From: Spirochaetia bacterium
Lineage (GTDB): Bacteria > Spirochaetota > Spirochaetia > UBA9216
Assembly: GCA_965140585.1 (NCBI GenBank)
Contig: OZ223269.1
Location: 672,001-736,000 of the forward strand
DNA length: 64,000 nucleotides
Direction: 5' to 3'
Positions 59,731 to 64,000 of the stretch are shown piece by piece. Numbering within the stretch: the stretch's first letter is position 1; each line of letters begins with the position of its first letter. The notes under the pieces were generated by a model, which saw only the letters and a list, made by a program, of their open reading frames with translations, did no database searches and was not told where the DNA came from. Both the position numbers and the translations under genes were made by a program.

Positions 59731-60780
59731 ATGAATATCAAGACTAAAAAAATAATTCTCGTTGTTCTTCTTATTGTTATCCTTGCTTCAATACTTTATT
59801 TTGGGCTTAAATCTCATGGAAGTTTTTTGTTTAATAATATCGAAGCAAACGGAAAAGACGGGTTGATAATTAGTAATTATTCGATAATATTTACAGAAAG
59901 CGGAATCCTGCCGAATTTCCCTGAGAAGGATTGTTTTTCGATATCAATATCTTTCAAGGCAGAAAGCTTAACTGAAAAAAGATTTCAATTTATAATGGTT
60001 GTGACGGACGGAAATCCACAAAAGCAGTTTCTTGTAGGGCAGTATCTTGATACTCTTGTAATCATGAACGGAACAGATTACGGCAACTATAAACGTGAAC
60101 CGAAAATATATCTGAAAATGGATGAGTCTGCGGAAGAGATCCTGCTGGAAATTGAATCTGCTCATAACAATATAAATATCAGCTTTAACGGAAAATCAGT
60201 GAAAAAGTCAGAGAGTATCGGTTTTTCACTACCTCTGGATACAAATAAGGCAAGGCTGATACTTGGAAACAGTCCATCAGGACGTAATCCATGGGCTGGA
60301 ACTATAAAAAATATTGAAATATTCAATTTCGGTGAGACAAATCCTGTGCTTGCATATTCTTTTAACAGTACAATAAGAAATAATCAAATATTGCCGTCTT
60401 CCGGTAATTATCCACTTGTTATTCCTGAAATGATAAAAGAATTGTATCCGGTTTATCTTCAGTTTCCGGGAGCGGAAATTTTATTTTCGAAAAATCTTCA
60501 GCGTGATGTGATAATAAATCTTATTGGGTTTATACCGCTCGGTTTAATTTTAACTCCAGGATGGTATTTATTCACTAAAAGGAAGTACGGATTCTTGATA
60601 GTTGTTTTTATATCATTTGGAACTAGCTTTTTTATAGAGATCAGTCAGGTATTGATACCTGGACGCAATTCATCATCACTCGATCTTCTTTTGAATACAG
60701 CCGGCGGATGTTTGGGTTATTTATTATTTAATACATATTCAAAAATTAGAGAGCATTTCGAAAGCCTGAAAGCTGGATAA
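59731..60780 (+). CDS. VanZ-family protein with LamG-like periplasmic domain
   Basis: LILGNS..WAGTI (LamG-like); DVIINLIGFIPLG, IEISQ..IPGRNSSSLDLLLNTAG (VanZ). Confidence 0.78.
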   Translation: MNIKTKKIILVVLLIVILASILYFGLKSHGSFLFNNIEANGKDGLIISNYSIIFTESGILPNFPEKDCFSISISFKAESLTEKRFQFIMVVTDGNPQKQFLVGQYLDTLVIMNGTDYGNYKREPKIYLKMDESAEEILLEIESAHNNINISFNGKSVKKSESIGFSLPLDTNKARLILGNSPSGRNPWAGTIKNIEIFNFGETNPVLAYSFNSTIRNNQILPSSGNYPLVIPEMIKELYPVYLQFPGAEILFSKNLQRDVIINLIGFIPLGLILTPGWYLFTKRKYGFLIVVFISFGTSFFIEISQVLIPGRNSSSLDLLLNTAGGCLGYLLFNTYSKIREHFESLKAG

Positions 60781-60792
60781 AGCAGGTATGAA

Positions 60793-60817
60793 AGGGCTGA
60801 CTTTAACCGTCAGCCCT
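60793..60817. terminator. Hairpin between convergent genes
   Basis: AGGGCTGAC-TTTAACC-GTCAGCCCT. Confidence 0.55.
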
Positions 60818-60836
60818 GAATAAATAATTGGTAAAC

Positions 60837-62084
60837 TTATTTTTCGTTTGCAGTCTTGAGAATACAGTGGAGAAGTACGTTTGCACCTCTTTCACAGTCT
60901 TCATAAGGCGTATCTTCAACTTCTACATGACTGCGTCCGTTAATTGACGGAACAAAGATCATCGCGCCTCTGGTAACCTGGTTAACTTCACTCATGTCGT
61001 GACCGGCACCTGATACCATCCTCATTGATGAATAACCGAGTTCTTCTGATGTCTCAACCACTCGATCCCATAATTCCTTATCGAATGGAGCATGAGCAAC
61101 TTTCCAGGTTTCTTCGGTTCTTATAGGACAACCTCTTCGTTCAGCAATGACTTCGAACTCTTTTTTCATCATTTCCCATGCTTTGATTGCATGTTCATCA
61201 TCCCATGATCGAATATCTACGGTGAAGTGAACCTTATCCGGTATGATATTTCTTGAATTAGGATAGTTCTGAATTTCGCCTACTGTTCCAACCATATCAC
61301 CGAACTGATGAGCAACTTTATTTACCACCATATTCATTTCAGAAAATGCGAGGAGCGCGTCGTTTCTTCCTACCATCGGTGTAGGTCCAACCTGGTTGGC
61401 TGTTCCTTCTAGATAGATGTCATACCAGTGAAGACAGAGAATTCCCTTTGGAGCTCCAATCTGAATGCCTTCTTTTTCAAGCTGGGGTCCCTGTTCGATG
61501 TGAAGCTCGTATGCTGCATAGATATTCCATTCTTTGTGGGAGCATGGGTAAGTGCCCTTGTAGCCGATTCTCTCAAGCTCTTCACCGAAAACAGTGTTCC
61601 CGTCCCGGTCTTTTCTTTCATAGGCCCATTCTTTGGTATGATTACCAACCCAAACACCTGAACCCATACATGCGGGAGCAAACCAGCCGCCTTCTTCGTT
61701 GGTCCAGTCTACTATAATGAAATCTCTTTCAAGTTCGATGTTATTCTCGTTGATAACACGCATTACCTCAAGTGCTCCAAGAACACCGAGAATACCGTCA
61801 AACCTTCCGCCGGGTTTCTGTGTGTCAAAATGAGACCCGGTCATTACTGCGCCGAGTTCCGGATTCTTACCCGGACGACGGGCAAAAATGTTTCCCATTT
61901 CATCAATAGTGATTTCACAACCACATTCCTTGTACCATTTAACAAGAAGATCTCTTCCGATTTTATCTTCATCAGTTGCGGCACATCTAATCAGACCATT
62001 ATTTTCTGTTTTTCCGATTTTGGCCGATTCTTCGAGGGTGCTTTTTAGTCTGGCACCATCGATCCGTAATTCTTTTAGATCCAT
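60837..62084 (-). CDS. M20 Zn-dependent N-carbamoyl-amino acid hydrolase (beta-ureidopropionase/PydC-like)
   Basis: GSHFDTQ..GGRFDG, WTNEEG, ELHIEQGP, NSRNIIP, SGAGHD, SHVEVE. Confidence 0.85.
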   Translation of the reverse strand: MDLKELRIDGARLKSTLEESAKIGKTENNGLIRCAATDEDKIGRDLLVKWYKECGCEITIDEMGNIFARRPGKNPELGAVMTGSHFDTQKPGGRFDGILGVLGALEVMRVINENNIELERDFIIVDWTNEEGGWFAPACMGSGVWVGNHTKEWAYERKDRDGNTVFGEELERIGYKGTYPCSHKEWNIYAAYELHIEQGPQLEKEGIQIGAPKGILCLHWYDIYLEGTANQVGPTPMVGRNDALLAFSEMNMVVNKVAHQFGDMVGTVGEIQNYPNSRNIIPDKVHFTVDIRSWDDEHAIKAWEMMKKEFEVIAERRGCPIRTEETWKVAHAPFDKELWDRVVETSEELGYSSMRMVSGAGHDMSEVNQVTRGAMIFVPSINGRSHVEVEDTPYEDCERGANVLLHCILKTANEK

Positions 62085-62148
62085 ATGATATCGTCCTCCT
62101 GAAAAATTACAAACATTTTATTCCGGCGGGTAATCCGGATGTGTTAAA

Positions 62149-62164
62149 ATGTTTGCCCGAACAT
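62149..62164. promoter_or_regulatory. Candidate operator ATGTTT-GCCC-GAACAT
   Basis: 14/16 match to the palindrome at 22564-22579; upstream of the hydrolase. Confidence 0.4.
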
Positions 62165-62271
62165 ATACATACATAATACCAGATAAGAATGAATGATGCA
62201 AACAAAATTACCTAAAAGTTATATATTGACCATAGGCAGATCATCGGCTTAAGCTGAAACGGGAGAATTAT

Positions 62272-64000
62272 ATGAATCTTGAAGAACTGAGATTTTACTA
62301 TGACAAATTTAAATACGGTGAAGATAACTTTCATAATCTGATGCAGTACCGCGTTAAAGAGATACTTCTTATTTCTACTTTCTACGATGCTTACATATTT
62401 GAGCATGATTCTCTTCTTTCAGAGCAGATAGTTGGTGAGTATCACCAGCTTAACCTGACAACTGTGCCGAGAATCACCAGCACGCCTACCGGTGCTGATG
62501 CGCTTAACCTGCTTCGTGAAAGACGTTTTGATCTTGTAATCACAACTCTGAGGACAGGTGAAGAGAGCAGTTTTGAACTATCTGCCAAGATTAAGGAAGT
62601 GCAGCCTGATGTTCCTGTAATACTGCTTTTAACGGTGCAGTCTGATATAGCCCTAGTAAACAGAAACCGGAACAGGCTTGAGCATATCGAGAATATATTT
62701 CTATGGAACGGAGATTCAAAGCTTATTCTCGCAATGATAAAGTTTATCGAGGATAAGAAAAATGCTCCCTATGATACTGAACATGGCCTGGTTAAGGTTA
62801 TACTGCTGGTTGAAGATTCAATTAACTTCATCTCGATATATCTGCCTCTGCTGTATACCGAGATCATGGAGCAGACTCAGAGGCTTATTTCCGAAGAGCT
62901 GAATGACAACCAGAAATACAACCGGATGCGTACGAGGCCTAAGGTAATAGTTACTGACAGTTACGAAAAAGGTGTGGAGCTTTATGAACAGTACCAGGAG
63001 CATATTCTTTGCGTCATGTCTGATATGGAATTTTATAAAGATAATGCGCTGGATGGAGACGCCGGAATTAAATTCCTTGGCAAGATCAGAAATGAGAATC
63101 CTGACATGCCCTGTATTCTGCAGTCGTCAGTACTGACAAACAGGAGGAGGGCTGAGCAGCTTGGCGTTAATTTCTTTCATAAACAGTCACAGTTTCTTCT
63201 GAAAGATCTGCGGAATTTCATTATCGAAAATCTGGGCTTCGGTGACCTGGTTTTCAGGGATGAAGACGGCGGTGAAATAGCGAGGGCCAGAAATCTGGGT
63301 GATTTTGAAAGAATCATTCCTGAGCTTCCCCTGGAATCACTGCTGAGTCACAGCCGGAAAAAGGATTTCTCATCATGGCTGATTGCGCATGGAGAAATGC
63401 AGCTTGCACGTATTCTGCGTCCGGTCGAAGCAGAAGATTTTAATAACTATGATACATATCGCAAGTATCTGCTTCAGCAGTTTATGAAGCTGCGTCGTAT
63501 GAGAAACCGCGGAAAGATAGTCAGCCTTAATCTCGAAAGTTTAAAGAATGACGGTGTAATCAATCGAATCGGTTCTGGCTCTCTAGGCGGAAAGGGCCGT
63601 GGACTTGCTTTTTTCAATTCATTTCTCGTAACGACCGAGTTTGAAAATAAATTTAAGGATGTTCTGGTTAAAATTCCAAGAACAACCATCATCGGAACTT
63701 CGGTGTTCAGTGATTTTGTAAATGAAAACAACCTTTTTGAACTCAGGAACAGTCCAGATGACGAAGATATCAAACATAAATTTGTAGCTGGAAAGCTCTC
63801 GCCGTTTGTTATTGAAAGACTGATGCTTTTTCTTGAAGAAGTCAGGGTTCCCCTGGCAGTACGTTCCTCGGGGCTTCTGGAAGATTCACAGTCTCAGCCC
63901 TTTGCCGGTGTTTATCAGACATACATGATTCCAAATAATGATAACAGCATTGAGCAGCGCCTGAAACAGCTTACAAATGCTATAAAACTCGTTTATTCAT
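62272..64000 (+). CDS. Receiver-domain-containing PEP/pyruvate-binding (PEP synthase-like) protein, truncated by the window end
   Basis: GGGAG RBS; MNLEELRFYY..FHNLMQYRVKEILLISTFYDAYIFE, receiver-like segments, GSLGGKGRGLAF, PLAVRSSGLLEDSQSQPFAGVY. Not in the ORF track because it runs off the edge. Confidence 0.85.
   Translation, partial: MNLEELRFYYDKFKYGEDNFHNLMQYRVKEILLISTFYDAYIFEHDSLLSEQIVGEYHQLNLTTVPRITSTPTGADALNLLRERRFDLVITTLRTGEESSFELSAKIKEVQPDVPVILLLTVQSDIALVNRNRNRLEHIENIFLWNGDSKLILAMIKFIEDKKNAPYDTEHGLVKVILLVEDSINFISIYLPLLYTEIMEQTQRLISEELNDNQKYNRMRTRPKVIVTDSYEKGVELYEQYQEHILCVMSDMEFYKDNALDGDAGIKFLGKIRNENPDMPCILQSSVLTNRRRAEQLGVNFFHKQSQFLLKDLRNFIIENLGFGDLVFRDEDGGEIARARNLGDFERIIPELPLESLLSHSRKKDFSSWLIAHGEMQLARILRPVEAEDFNNYDTYRKYLLQQFMKLRRMRNRGKIVSLNLESLKNDGVINRIGSGSLGGKGRGLAFFNSFLVTTEFENKFKDVLVKIPRTTIIGTSVFSDFVNENNLFELRNSPDDEDIKHKFVAGKLSPFVIERLMLFLEEVRVPLAVRSSGLLEDSQSQPFAGVYQTYMIPNNDNSIEQRLKQLTNAIKLVYS

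Noticed and set aside
62212-63773. Three short minus-strand ORFs near the window end
   Set aside because: They lie antisense to the long plus-strand PEP-synthase-like gene.

Overview
64 kb of a bacterial chromosome (roughly 40% GC by eye), most likely a free-living anaerobic spirochaete, judged from spirochaete-style substrate-binding protein N-termini (AGGQQE, ASGSQEA), the lipoproteins and the gene content. In order, the window holds: the 3' end of lepA; MAF/SurA-like genes; tRNA-Asp and tRNA-Pro; a Na+-pumping (methyl)malonyl-CoA decarboxylase operon (mmdADCB); a dispersed reductive pyrimidine/beta-alanine catabolic gene set (NCS2 permease, CoA-acylating aldehyde dehydrogenase, class-III aminotransferase, SSS symporter, preTA, and a distal ureidopropionase-type hydrolase); an orphan IS1595-like transposase; a Moco/Tuco-riboswitch-led tungstate transport and molybdopterin operon; a LIV-type ABC transporter; a divergent ackA-like/P1-peptidase/panE versus panB-folD-fhs cluster with no panC or panD; a frameshifted lipoprotein gene flanked by duplicated terminators; a CHASE2 adenylate cyclase divergent from a beta-barrel/FecR/lipoprotein operon; and a receiver-domain PEP-synthase-like gene cut by the window end. 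The best candidates for undescribed biology are (1) a non-canonical pantothenate/pantoate pathway using an altered acetate-kinase homologue and a ThnT/DmpA-like amidase, and (2) pyrimidine/beta-alanine fermentation through (methyl)malonyl-CoA coupled to Na+ pumping, with a shared candidate operator. All functional calls come from motif recognition by eye; no searches were run.
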